Positions 1-11,560 are shown, counted from the first letter of the stretch. The stretch: 39,910 nt of DNA from Cyanophora paradoxa CCMP329 (GCA_004431415.1 QPMI01000364.1:1-39910); one strand, 5' to 3'. The notes: generated by a model not told the origin, from the letters alone. Translations and numbers: made by a program.

Positions 1-387
1 CGATCAAAGCGAGGCCGCCGAACGGGGTGATGGCGCCAAGCTTCTTGATGCCCGTGAGCACCAGCAGGTAGAGGGAGCCAGAAAACAGGACGATGCCAGC
101 GCTGAACAAGCGAGCTGCCGTCGGCGCGCCGGCTCCACGCGGCCCGACGAGGCCCGCTAGAACGAGGGCGCCGCTGTGGATCAGGTGGTAGTGAGCGGCC
201 GTCTCCCAGGTCTTCAGCAAATTAAGGTCCGTGACCGACTTCCGCAAGCCTGCGCATGAGAGTTTCAGTACATCACGCGAGATCTAGACGCGCCGGCCGG
301 CGCACCGTGCGCTCCGAACGCGCCGAGAGCCACGCCCAGCGCGCCAGAGAGACCTCCCCAGAAAACCGGGGCCGAGCTCGACGACAT
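1..387 (-). CDS. TMEM256 / DUF423 (YgdD-like) small membrane protein; 3' end lies outside the window
   Basis: ATG at 387. Exon 387-306 MSSSSAPVFWGGLSGALGVALGAFGAHG, GT-AG intron 305-250, then LRKSVTDLNLLKTWETAAHYHLIHSGAL...LFSAGIVLFSGSLYLLVLTGIKKLGAITPFGG. The GAFGAHG, W.TA..YH..H, LFSGSLY and ITP.GG motifs are typical of DUF423. Confidence 0.9.
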
Positions 388-416
388 GCGTACACGGCCG
401 CTAGAGATACGCCTAA

Positions 417-464
417 GGTGAGCCCGCCGCCGTCAAACGCGGCACCAGCCCACGACACTGCACT
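417..464 (+). repeat. 48-bp element, left arm of an inverted repeat paired with 3247-3294 (partial extra copy near 498-522)
   Basis: ggtgagcccgccgccgtcaaacgcggcaccagcccacgacactgcact matches the reverse complement of 3247-3294 at 47/48 positions. Confidence 0.9.
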
Positions 465-615
465 GCGCGATGCTTCGTCGCTTACTAGGCTTATCACCCC
501 GCCGTCAAACGCGGCACCAGCCACCCGGCAGCACCAGTGCTGCAGATCTGCGTATCCCCTCACGTCGGAGCACCTTAGCGACGAAGCCCTCACGTCGGCC
601 AGGGAGCACCGAAAG

Positions 616-1186
616 ATGGTGTCGCTTAAAGAGAAGATTCATAGCATGAAATACCCGATCGAGGTGCGCTGGCTGCGTGGCGCGCGCGCGCTGCTTCGCC
701 GCCGCACGCGCGCCGGTGCCGGCTGCATCGGCGCGCGCCGCCGACTGCTGGCAGACGGAGAGAGATGGCTAGCTATGGAGGCGCTTATGCGGGCGGCGCA
801 GAACAAGCGGGCGCTGTTCGCCGTCGGGCTCTTCTACTTCGTCACGCCCATCGTCGCTGGCTGGGGCATCATGCAGCTCGTCAACTCTTGGAGCGTCGGG
901 GCCTCCGAGGAGGTCCGCCGTGCTGCGGGGCCGCGCGCTAGCACTCGCTCGCGCTGAAGGCCTCGCCGCGAGCAGGGCCTCGATATGCTGCGCAAGAAGA
1001 GACAGGAAGTCACTATCGTGAACCCCACGTACCGAAACTCGGAGCTGCAGCGGACTCTGGATGAGGTGGGCCCTCCGAGTCCGAGCCCTGCTGTCGGTGG
1101 CGCCGCGTCGCTGAGCCCCGCGAACGCGCGCTGTGCAGGTTGCGGCGAGAAGGAAAGCGGCGGAGGGTGGCGCGGAGAAGAAGTAA
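616..1186 (+). CDS. Small single-pass membrane protein of unknown function (~98 aa, 4 exons)
   Basis: Exons 616-663, 802-912, 976-1065 and 1139-1186 are joined by GT-AG introns and give MVSLKEKIHSMKYPIE|NKRALFAVGLFYFVTPIVAGWGIMQ...SEE|GLDMLRKKRQ...TLDE|VAARRKAAEGGAEKK*. One hydrophobic helix. An alternative ATG exists at 775. Confidence 0.6.
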
Positions 1187-1537
1187 GGCCCTGCGCACGC
1201 CGCTCAACCCTCCCCTCCCCTCTTCGCCTCACCCCGGACGTCGACCCTCGCGCTCCAACTCCTGAACCCCCTTCCCTCCCTGCCGCCCCAGCCCGGCGGC
1301 CTCCTGATGTCCCCAGCCGCCCAGCGCTGCACCGCTCTCGCTTCACGCCACCTTCCTTACACCGCATCTTCGATTCTCCCTCCGAGCCCTCTCGCGCTCG
1401 CGCTCGCCGTCCCGCCCAACACCCAACGCCCCACTCCGGCCCCCCGCCCACCCCCCTCAACTCTTGTCTGCTCTAAATCGATGGTTCAACCAGCGCTACG
1501 CTACCTGCTACGTAGCTGGCGGAGGCTGCGGTAGCTG

Positions 1538-3200
1538 CTACCTGGCGGGGGCGGGCGCGAGGCACTGGCGGTCGATGGCGGTGCCGTTGACGAGGCGCTT
1601 CCAGGTGCAGAGGGCGACGGGCGGGGCCCCGGGGGCGGGCCGCCGGGGCCACGCGAGGTCGATCACGCGGGCGCCGTGGAGGAAGCCGCCGGCGGGCGTG
1701 AAGCGCTCGGGCTTGTAGCTGTCGAAGCCCGTAGAGCGGCCGTAGCAGAGCAGGGGCGGGGGGGCGCCCGGGGCGGCCTCGGGGGCGGGCCCCGGGGCGC
1801 ACCAGTCGTTGAGGTGGTCGTGGCCGCAGGCGATGAGGGCGGGGCTGATCTGGCGGGAGAGAGCCCCGTAGAGGCCCTTGAAGCGGAAGGCGGGGCAGAC
1901 CTCCTCGCCCTGCGTCCCCACGCAGGCCGGCCCCGCGCACGCCCCCCGGTACTCCAGCAGCGGCATGTGCATCATCGTCACGTTGACCGCCGTCGGGGGC
2001 ACCGGCGTGGGCACGCTGGCGCCGTCGGCGAAGCTGCGGGGCGGGCCGGCGGCGGCGGAGGCGCGGGGCCGGGCCTCCTCCTCGAGGAAGTGCTTGGCCT
2101 GGACGAGGCGGCCGGAGCGGGCGCAGGCGCCGGCGAGGTGGAGCCACTCCTCGACCTCGGCGGTGTGGTCGCCGAGGGAGAGGACGGAGGAGAGCCAGGC
2201 GCCGTCGTCGGAGACGTCGAGGAGGAAGAGCATGGCGTCGGCAGCCGCCGAGGGGCCCAGCACGCGCACCACGTGGTGGAACGGCGGCGTCACCTTCCGC
2301 ACTGTCCCGCCCCGCCTCGCACGCGCGCACCGGCGGGCTGGCGGGGAGGGCGCTCGCCTGCAGTCTCGAAGGTCCTCTCGATGAAGGCAGCGGCAGCCTT
2401 GCTCAAGCCGCCTTCTCTGCGGCCGCAGGCGCCGCCTTGGTGAGGGGGCGGGGGGCGGGGGGCGGGTGGCGGGGCGGGGCGGCGGGGCGCGGACGCGTCG
2501 TGGTTGCCGAAGAGGACGGTCCAGCGCATGCCCATGGAGTACATGGCGCGGCCGAGCTGGCGGAGGACCTCCCGCGGGTCGCTGCTCTCCCCCCCGAAGA
2601 GCGTGTCCCCCGTGAAGACCACCAGGTCCGGGTCCTCCGCCTGCGCCAGCGCCTCCAGCGCCTTGAACGAGAGCTCGTCCGCGCAGAAGTCCCGGCCCCT
2701 GTCCGCCCCCCGCAGGCCCGCGATCCCCGACTCCCTGCTCGGCGTCTTCTTCGCCGTCTGGGGGCACGCCTTCCCCGTAGTAAGATGCAGGTCCGTAATC
2801 TGCAGGATGCGGAACTCCGCCGCGTTCTCGCCCGGCGCGTCCGGCACCCGCGCGTGCATCTCCACGTACGGCACTAGGTACTGGTAGTTAGCGACGGCGA
2901 GCTGCGAGCGCCACAGCGGCGCCGCGGAAACCGCTTGCCAGCCGCACCTTCCGCACACGATGAATGAATGCCGAGCGGAGCCGGTAGCATGTTCAACACA
3001 GTCCGCAGCGCGAGGAGGACGCACGCGGCGCCTGCGGGTCGGTCACTGATTGAGACGCACCTACGCACGCAGCGCCTGCGACGCTCGCTCATCGCACCTA
3101 CAAGCGCTGCGACACCGCCCTGTGCCGCCTTTTTTCGCCGCGCTGTGGAGGGTTCTGCGGCCGTCGGCGAGCCCGACGAGCGCTGCCTGTATCGAAGCAT
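1538..3200 (-). CDS. Calcineurin-like metallophosphoesterase, PAP14/28/29-DCR2-like, with N-terminal hydrophobic segment
   Basis: Motifs FRILQITDLHL, DLVVFTGD, WTVLFGNHD, MMHMP, GHDHLND, LCYGRSTGFDSY and GARVIDL. At least two introns, one with a GC donor. 5' exon structure is approximate. Confidence 0.85.
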
Positions 3201-3246
3201 GTCGAACTGTGCCGAAGTGCAGTGTCGTGGGCTGTGTGTGTGCCGA

Positions 3247-3294
3247 AGTGCAGTGTCGTGGGCTGGTGCCGCGTTTGACGTCGGCGGGCTCACC
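3247..3294 (-). repeat. 48-bp element, right arm of the inverted repeat with 417-464; preceded by a local ~27-bp tandem copy (3208-3234 / 3239-3265)
   Basis: agtgcagtgtcgtgggctggtgccgcgtttgacgtcggcgggctcacc; tgtgccgaagtgcagtgtcgtgggctg occurs twice. Confidence 0.9.
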
Positions 3295-3636
3295 CCCGCG
3301 GAGACGAGCGAGGCGGCGGGGCGTCGGCGGGGGACAGCGCGCGCGGAGGCGAACTCCCGCTTTCGTTAGAGATTGTACCCCCTGCCGGACGCAAACTTCG
3401 TCGCAAAGTCACACGCGACTTCCCGACGCGGGGGCGCGTTATTCGCGTGCGCGGCAGCGCACGGTGTGGGCGTACGTCGATTACCCGCGCACGCGGCTTG
3501 CGGAGCCGCCGAGGCCGACGAACCGGCGCATGCACAGTTAGTGAAGCGAAGAGCTAGTAATATAAACTAGTATTACAGTTATATATAAGACTTCTCGAGT
3601 CCGCGCGCGGGCGGCTCATCGCTAGCTAGAGCGCGC

Positions 3637-5911
3637 ATGCTAGCGCGTGTCGCGACATTGCTCGCCGCGGCCGGTGGCGGGCTCGCGGCGGCCACGGTGC
3701 TCCTTCACGACAAGGAGGACGATGCAATCACGTCGCTGGAGGGCGGGATCCGCTTCCTGCGGGCGGGCGCCGTCGCGGCGCACGTCAGCCTCGACTACAA
3801 GTGGACGCTGCGCAACTCGGACTCGCTTGATCCCGAGGAGGAGAAGCGGCTCAAGTCGGAGCTGCACACGCGCTCCGCGGAGCGCATCCTCGAGCTCTGC
3901 AGGGAGCACAAGGGGATATTCACGAAGGTGGGCGGATCCGTCCACGCGCGCGCCCGCGGCCCTCTGGCGGCGGCTGATCGGGGCGGGGCGGGCGCAGGCG
4001 GGGCAGCACGTGTCGACGCTGAACCACGCGATCCCGGCGGAGTACACGCGGGTGCTGGCGCAGCTGCAGGACCAGGTGGCGCCGGCGCGGGCGAACGACA
4101 TGGAGCGGGTGTTCCGGGAGGACTTCGGGCAGCGCCTCGGGGAGGTCTTCCGCGAGTTCGGCCCCGAGCCGATCGCCAGCGCCTCGCTCGCGCAGGTCCA
4201 CCGCGCCCGCCTCCACGACGGCCGCCTCGTCGCCGTCAAGGCCCGCCCGCCCCCCGCCCCCGTCCCCTCGCCCTCCCGAGGCGCGCGGCAGGTGCAGTAC
4301 CCGAAGCTGCGGATCCAGCTGCAGGGCGACATGTTCACAATCCGCGTGCGCCGCGCGCCGCCCCCGCCGCCAGCCCCGCGCACTCCGAGCTGCCCGCCAG
4401 ACGCTCGTCCGCGGGGTGGAGTGGATGTGGCCGGAGCTGAGCCTGCAGTGGATCGTGCCGGAGTTCCGGGCGGCGCTGGTGCGGGAGCTCGACTTCGAGC
4501 TGGAGGGCCGCACGGCGGAGCGCGTCGCCAAGCAGCTCGCCGCCATCCCCAACCTCAAGATCCCCGACGTCTACTGGGTCCCCCCGCCCGCCCCGCCCCG
4601 CCCTTGACCCCGCTGGGCCGGGCCGACGTGACGCCGGGGGGCAGCGCTGGTGCTCGCACCGTGTGCTGACGATGGAGTTCATCGAGGGGCACAAGATCAC
4701 GGACTTGGAGGGGATGCGGGGGGCGGGGATCGCGCCGCGGGGCGTCGCGCGCACGCTCCTCGAGGTCTTCTCCAAGATGATCTTCATCGACGGCCACGTC
4801 CACTGCGACCCCCAGTCCGCGCCCCCGCCCCCGCCCCCGCGCCCCGCCCCGCCGGCCAACGACCCCGGCCAGCCCGGGGAACCTGCTGGTGCGGCGCTGG
4901 CCGCAGGCCCCGGGGGGCTACCAGGTCGTCCTCCTCGACCACGGGGCAAGCCGGCCTCCCGCCCCGCGCCGCGCCGCGCCGCGCCGGCGGGGCGCCGACG
5001 CGGGCGCAGCTGTACCGGGAGCTGGAGCCCGGGTTCCGGCGAGAGTACTGCGCCCTCTGGCAGGCCCTCGTGCGGCGCGACGAGGCGGCCCTCCTCCGCT
5101 CCGCCCGGGCCCTCGGCGCAGAGCGCTACGCGGCCCTCCTCCCGCTCTTCCTCGTCCAGCGCCCGTGGTCGAGCGTGGCGCGGCGGGGCACGGACCTCAG
5201 CCACAAGATGTCCCGCGAGGAGATCAAGCGCCTCCGCGCCGAGCTCCGCGTGCGCCCCGCCCCCGCGCGGCGGCCGGGGGCCTCTCTGAGGGCTTGCAGG
5301 GCGCTGGGATCGGGCACGGGGACTTCGTGGAGTTCCTGCGGGACCTGCCCCGCGACATGCTCCTCGTCCTCCGCACCAAGCGCGCCGCGCCGCGCCGCGC
5401 CGCGCCGCTTCAGTTCGATGCTGCGCTGACGCCCGGGGGGCAGCAACTTCCTGCGGGCGATCAACAAGGACCTCGGGGCCCCCGCCAACCGCTTCGCCAT
5501 CATGGCCGAGGTCCGCCCGGTCGCGCAGCTCCCACCCCGCCCCCTTCCCCCAGCCGAGCGCTGCCGCAGTACTCGCTCCGCGGTCTCTACAGCCCGATGC
5601 CACCCCGTCCTCCAGGCACAGGCCCCCTCCCCCGCACCCCCCGGGGGGCAAGGATTTGCAGGCCGCTCACGGGCGGGGCGGGGGGCGCAGGGTGCCCGGT
5701 GGGGGCGGCGCGGGCGCTGGTGGCGGGGGCGCGGTTCACGCTGGAGCTGGGGGCGCTGCGGGCGCGGCTCGCGCTCTACGACGCCCTGCTCGAGGCCCTC
5801 CGCCTCTACCTCCTCCTCGCCTGGCGCCTCCGCGCCACATGGGGGGCCCTCCTGCGCCTCCCCCCGCCCACCCGCCCGCCCCCTTTCCTCTTCGCCGAGA
5901 AGCTCGGTTAG
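3637..5911 (+). CDS. ABC1/UbiB (aarF-domain) atypical kinase, ADCK1/5-MCP2-like, probably mitochondrial
   Basis: Spliced motifs GIFTK|AGQH, LQDQ, PIASASLAQVHRA, VAVK|VQYP, ELDFELEG, LTMEFIEG, HCDPH|PGNLLV, LLDHG|LY and RTNNFLR. About 10 introns, three with GC donors (4241, 4946, 5380). Confidence 0.92.
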
Positions 5912-6124
5912 CTGCTAAGCGACCCCGCCGTCGGCTCCTTGAAGTGGAATCGTTGAATCGTCAATTTCAGAGAGCCGAAGCGCTGCCAGGCTGCATGCGC
6001 ATCATGATCATAGCGCAACTTCGCAATTTCAAAAAAGCAATGTCCGGCGGTCTTGCAAAGTCCGATTTCAGCCTGGCCCAGTCACACTGAGTGGCACAGC
6101 TTGAGCTAAATTTTTTTTAATTGC

Positions 6125-6862
6125 AAGCTATAGCTCAGCGGCTATAGCTATAGCTAGCGCTATAACGCTAGCGCTATAACGATCATGATCATGATCATCG
6201 GATCAAGCGCTAGCCCGCGCGGCGCGCGCTCGGCATCCGGTGATCTGTGAATTCGATGATCATAAATCGCTTCACTCGTCAATTTGTAGATGTGCACGTG
6301 CCACGTGCACGGTGACCGTCGGACTGCAGCTGACAGTTCCTGAGTGAACTCGATATACGTACCGCCGCGGCCGTCGACGTCGACGTCGACGTCGTCGTCC
6401 ATCGTCGTCGGCGCTGGCTCAAGGCTCAAGCCTTTTCGTGATATCAAGTTGAATTCGAAGATCGATATCGCGATATCGTGATATCGATCGATTATTGCTC
6501 GGGATATCGATCGGCGCTGGCGCTAGCGCTAGCGCTCGGATCATGATCATGATCATGAGACTCGGGCCCGGCGCCGCGGCCGGCGGGGGCCGCCGGGGGC
6601 CCGGCGCTGGCGCCGCTCGGCTCGACTCGGCGAACGCTCGAGGAATTCGAACGTACGCGTCCGACGCCGTGACGGTCATGATCATGAAGCCCGCGGCCGC
6701 AGGTCGACTATACTATGATAAGCTATCGAATCGGAATTCGAATTCGAATCCGCCTCGCGTGCCGCATGTGCGCACCGTGGCGCCGGCACTCAGTGACTGC
6801 GCATGCGCATGCGCGCTAGCGCTGCAGCATGCACTGCATGCGCAGGTCGTACGCGTACGCGT
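6125..6862. repeat. Tract of chained short palindromes and self-complementary microsatellites
   Basis: (GATCAT)n, (GTCGAC)n, (GCTAGC)n, (GAATTC)n, (GCGCAT)n, CGTACGCGTACGCG, GATATCGCGATATC, CACGTG and GGCGCCGCGGCC are packed end to end. No credible protein in any frame. Confidence 0.85.
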
Positions 6863-7438
6863 CGCCCAGGCGGCCCATGGGGGTGAGGTTGGTTGGGGTA
6901 CAGCATCACCGCAAAAAGTAATAGTGAGGTGCGGGTACCGCAACGCGCGCAGGACTGGCGCGCAGGAGCGGAGTTAGGTTCTTGTGCGTGCCGCCTGAGC
7001 GCGCTGCATCCCAACCCCGCCGAGCCGAAACGGCCCGCGGCCTCTCATCATTAGATCGGTCGCAGTGTGCACCGAGCGCGGTTGAGGGGGATTCGGCGCG
7101 ATGTCGTGGTTCTCGGGTAGTTTTGGCAAGGGTTCGTCGGGCTCTGGTGGTCCAGCTGCGCCGGCAAAGGTTCGCCGTACGCGGCACCGAGTTCGCTGCG
7201 AGCTTTGACCACGCCGCGCAGTCGAACGACCACCCCGCCGCGCATGAAGGCATGCCTTGTCAGTGATCGCTGACGTTCAGTCCGGCTGACGTCGAGCTCG
7301 CAGCGCACAAGGTGGCCGTATCGGTCACCGCTCCGCCCGGCCAGGAGGGTGCGCGGCCGCCGTCCCGGAATGAGCCGCACAAAAGCCTCATTTTCTCTTT
7401 TACTTTCTCTTTCTATAGGCTCCGCGAAGCACTCGTTG

Positions 7439-9510
7439 ATGGACTCGCTGCACGGCATGCTCCCAGGCCGTACGCACGGCCCGCCTCGCTTTCGCAGGGC
7501 CCGCTACTGACGAGGTCTCCAGGTCGCTGGACCGAGGTCCACAACACAACGGAAGTGCCCGCGCCGCACCCGGTGGAGCCCAACTCGCGTACGCGCCACG
7601 CCGGGCAGGGTCGGCGCGGGCTGAGGCGGGCGCAGGGCGCGGGTCGGAGCTGGTGCACGACGGCCCCGAGAAGAACGAGAAGAACGAGGCGAAGGGCAAG
7701 ATCGGTCTGAGTGGCAAGGCCTTCAACCTCTTCCGAGGCAGCACCTTCGCCCTGCCCGGCGAGCCCCAGCGCCTCGTCCCGCCGCAGGGCGCCGAGGGGG
7801 CCGCCGCGGCCCAGCCGGCGCAGGCGTCGGGCCCCGAGCGGGGCGGGTTCAGCTTCTCGGGCACGCGGCGGACGACGTCGGGGGCCCCGACCTCGCCGCA
7901 GCCGCAGCCGCTCGCGCCGGCCGCTTCGGCGCCCGTGCCCGGGGAGGAGTCGGCGCAGACGCGCGGCGGCTTCAGCTTCACCGGAGAGCGTCGCCGGGCG
8001 CCGGCGCCGGCGGCGGTGTACACGGAGCGGGCGCCGGGGAGCCCGGCGGGGGCGCCGCCGGCGACGGCCGGCTCCTTCTTCCTGCAGGGAGAGCGCCGGA
8101 CGACGGCGACGGCCTCGCCGCGGGCGCTGGGCGCGCCGCCGTCGCCGCAGCAGGTGCAGGCGAACCAGGGCGCCTTCGGCTTCCTCGAGGGCGAGCGCCG
8201 CCGCACGATGTCGGAGAGCCAGGGCGACGACGCCTCGAAGACCCTCTCCCTCGCGCACAGCGCCAGCTTCTTCCGCAACTTCACACGCATGGCCCCCACC
8301 CCCGAGGAGCAGAAGGCCATCACCGAGCAGGACAAACAGCGCGGCGGTCCGCCCGCCCCGCCCCGCGCCCCGCGCCGCGGGCCCTGCGGCCCTGAGGCGG
8401 GGCGCGCGCCAGGCTTCGTGTTCCCGGTGGGGGAGCGGCGCTCGCGGAAGAACAGCGAGGCGGAGGACGCGCAGGCGGGGGCCGTCGTCGCCGTCGACCC
8501 CGCCGCCGTCGCCGACGCCCGCGCCCGCGGCGGCTTCGGCTTCGTGTCCGCCCCGCCCGCCCCGCCCTGCCCCGCCGTCCCCGACGCCCCGCCGCAGCTC
8601 CGGGGAGAAGCGCCGCAGCCGGCACAGCAGCGAGACGGAGGGGGAGTCGGCGGGGACGCCGGGGCGGGCGCTCGCGCCGGTGGACGCGGCGGCGGTGGCG
8701 GCGGCGATCGGCGGGTGGGGCCTGGTCGGCGAGCGGCGCACGCGGCGCACCTCGGAGGGCGAGGAGAAGCCGACGATCCCCGTGGGGCACGCCGACCTCG
8801 TCCCCGTGGACGCGACGGTGGCGAAGGAGGCGCTGGCGCGGGGCGGCTTCTCGATGCTCTCCGGCGAGCGGCGGCACCCCGAGGGCGACCACAAGGCCGT
8901 CGTCGGCCACGCCGACCTCGTCCCCGTCGACCCCGCCACCGTCGCCGCCGCCCGCGCGGGCGGCGGCTTCGGCATGATCAGCGGGGAGCGCCGCGAGCGC
9001 TCGCGGCACAGCAGCGAGACGGAAGGGAGCGGCGACGCCAAGAAGCCGCCCGTCGACCCCGAGGCGACCGCCGAGGCCCGCGCCCGCGGCGGCTTCGGCT
9101 TCATGTCCGGCGGTGCCCCGTCCCCGCCCCCGCCCCCGCCCCCGCCCCCGACCCCCCCGCCCCGCGCCGCGGCTCACGCGGGGGCAGAGCGGAGCCGGGA
9201 GTACCACCACCGGGAGGCGGTGGTGCAGCCGCAGTTCGCGGCGGCGGCGGCGCTCGTCGCCGGCGAGTCGCCCCTGAAGGGCTTTTCCTTCCCCAAGGGC
9301 GAGAAGCGGCACGCGGAGCCGGCGGCGCCGGCCCCCGAGGCCCCGCCCTCGGCCGCCCTCGTCAAGTCGGACGTGCCGTCCCCCAAGGCGGCCCCCAAGG
9401 CGGAGAAGGACTTCGGCATGGGGGGCCTCGGCGAGCTCGACAACATGCACGAGGCCGGCGGCGTCCGCGCCATCATCCGCTCCGGCCGCACCGACGACAA
9501 GGAGCTCTAG
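7439..9510 (+). CDS. Uncharacterised low-complexity protein with ~12 (R)GGF(S/G)F-x(1-2)-GE(R/K)R repeats
   Basis: Spliced model MDSLHGMLPGR|RWTEVHNTT...NSR|RGSELVHDG...DDKEL*. Removing the introns at ~8347, ~8546 and ~9113 restores intact repeat units (KQRGG|FVFPVGERR, GFGFV|SGEKRR, FMSG|ERSR), which supports the model. Confidence 0.7.
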
Positions 9511-9621
9511 CCGGCCCCCGCCCCTCTCCCCACCCCCCCCGCCCCCCGCTCTGTATACGCACTCATCAACGCTCGTGCCTGCCTTTACTTGATGTAGACG
9601 ATAGCGGGGGATCGCGATCGC

Positions 9622-11509
9622 CTAGTTGGCGGGGGAGAGGAGGACGAGGCTGGAGTCGACGAGGGAGCGGACGTCGGCGAGGCTCGCCCCGCTCTCCGCC
9701 GCCAGCTCCGCCACCGTCCGCCGCCCCGCCGGGTCCACCTCCCGCAGCGCCCCCGCCCCCGTCACGCCGCCCGGCCCGAAGAGCGAGATGGGCGCCTGGG
9801 CGGTCTGCGCCTCGCAGGCGGCCATGAAGGCCCGCTGCGCCTCGCTGATGGTGACGAGGCGGTAGTCGTAGTCCATGAGGCTGTTGGAGGGCCAGCCGTG
9901 CATGCAGGCGCTCAGCTCGGGGACGGCTGCGGCGAGGAGGGCGTCGGAGGACCAGTCGGGGAGGGCGGGGGCCGGGGGCTGGCCGAGGAAGAACTCGAAG
10001 TGGGTGACGGCCTCGGGGTCGAGGAGCTCGATGAGGCGGTAGCGCTTGCGGGGGTCCTGGATCGCCTCGAAGCGCTCCAGGAGGCCGGCGTCGGCCCCCA
10101 CGAGCCGCTTGATCTCCCACGCGTCCGGGTTCGAGAAGCCCAGGAAGTCGAGCTTCGACGCCCCGACGAACTCGAAGAGCGTCTCCACGTTGTAGTCCAC
10201 CTCCTGCGGGTGCACGTACATGTCCGCGAACGTCTCGTCCTTCTTGTTCTCCATCGCCCACCGCGTCTCCTCCCGCACGCGCAGGCGGTTCTCCTTGGGG
10301 AGGGCCTTGAAGAGGCGCCGCCCGACGTCGACCCCGTCCACGAAGTCGCCCCGCTTCTCCCCTTGCAGCAGCGCGATCGCCTTCTGCTCGCCCCCTCTCA
10401 GCCCCCGCCGCCCTGTCCGCGGGCCGGCGGGGCGGGGCGGGGCAGGCCTGCATGAGGGCGATCTCGTGGCGGCCGAGCTCGGCGTAGACGAAGATGTGCA
10501 TCACGCCGCCGGGCGCCAGCACGCTCTCCAGCGCCCGCAGGCCCTCCACGGGGTCCGGCAGGTGGTGCAGCACGCCCACTGCCGCATCCGCGTGAGGCTA
10601 GGCCGAGGGGCGGCGGGCGGCGGGGCGGGACGGGGCCCCGGGCGCGCCGCAGTTGATGTAGTCGAACTTCTTGGTGGGATCGTCCCCGACGAGCTGCGCC
10701 ACGTCGCAGAGGCTCATGTGGTGCGACTCGATCCGCTCCGACACCCCCGAGCGCGTCCACTGCCGCCCCAGTCAGCCCGCGCGGGGGCCGCGGGGCCCGG
10801 GGCGCCGCGCGCGCGCACCCGCTCGCGCGCGACCTTGAGGGCGCCCGAGGAGAGGTCCACGGCGGTCACCGCCGCCGACGGGTTCAGGTGCGCCAGGAAA
10901 TCAGCGCAGTTCCCTGCACCCGGACCCGCTCGCGTCCAGGACGCGCAGGCGCGGCGCCGGCGGAGGCCCGCACCCGTCCCGCAGCCAGCGTCGAGGATTC
11001 GGACGGGCCGGTCGCGGCGGGGCGGGAGCTGCTTGTAGCAGAACGCGTACGCCGACTCATAGTGCCACCGAAAGTTGTAGCCTGCACGCAGCGGCGCGGG
11101 AGGTGAGCGGCGTTAGGCCAGCTCGAGCGGCCGCGTACCGGGCGGCGGGCCGTCGAGGATGGGTTCCGGCGGGTACGGAAACACGTCGTAGAGGCTTTCG
11201 ACGGCCTGGGAGACTTCCTGCGTGCGCGAGGGGTCAAGCTCGAGCCGCTGGCAGATTCTTTCCACTGATCAATCTGACCTTCTTGTCCGAGGCTATAGGC
11301 GCGTTGGCCTCTGCGCTGACGGAGAACGTGCGTTCCGCGACAAACGACGGCGCGCTGGGCGCCGCGGCGAACTGGAGCTGGCGGCCGCCGAACTTGCTCC
11401 GGAGGCGCCGCGGGGTGTTTGCGCAGGTCCCGGGCGCCTGGATCAACGCGACGGAATCGCCGCCGACGGGCCGCGCCACCAGGGCGGCGAGCTGGAACGC
11501 AGACGACAT
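9622..11509 (-). CDS. Class I SAM-dependent methyltransferase of cyanobacterial type with putative plastid transit peptide
   Basis: Mature part SLYDVFPYPPEPILDGPPPG|YNFRWHY...RILDAGCGTG...DYINC|VGVLHHLPDP...LAPGGVMHIFVYAELGR...FADMYVHPQEVDY...RYRLIELLDPE..THFEFFL resembles, from memory, a conserved cyanobacterial methyltransferase family. The ~70-aa Ser/Ala/Arg-rich leader starts MSSAF. Confidence 0.9.
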
Positions 11510-11560
11510 CGAGAGAGGGGTACGGCTACTCGTGCTTCGCCGCGCCGCCAGCGGCCGTTG

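Noticed and set aside
417-600. Short repeats (gccgtcaaacgcggcaccagcc x2; ccctcacgtcgg x2) as a CRISPR-like array
   Set aside because: Only two copies each, no regular repeat-spacer period, no cas genes, and a eukaryotic context.
6160-6977. ORFs containing MIMIMI, DVDVDV and ALALA runs
   Set aside because: They are translations of palindromic microsatellites, not proteins.
6870-7330. Possible gene or ncRNA between the palindrome tract and the repeat-protein gene
   Set aside because: No recognisable motif, splice pattern or RNA structure could be supported.
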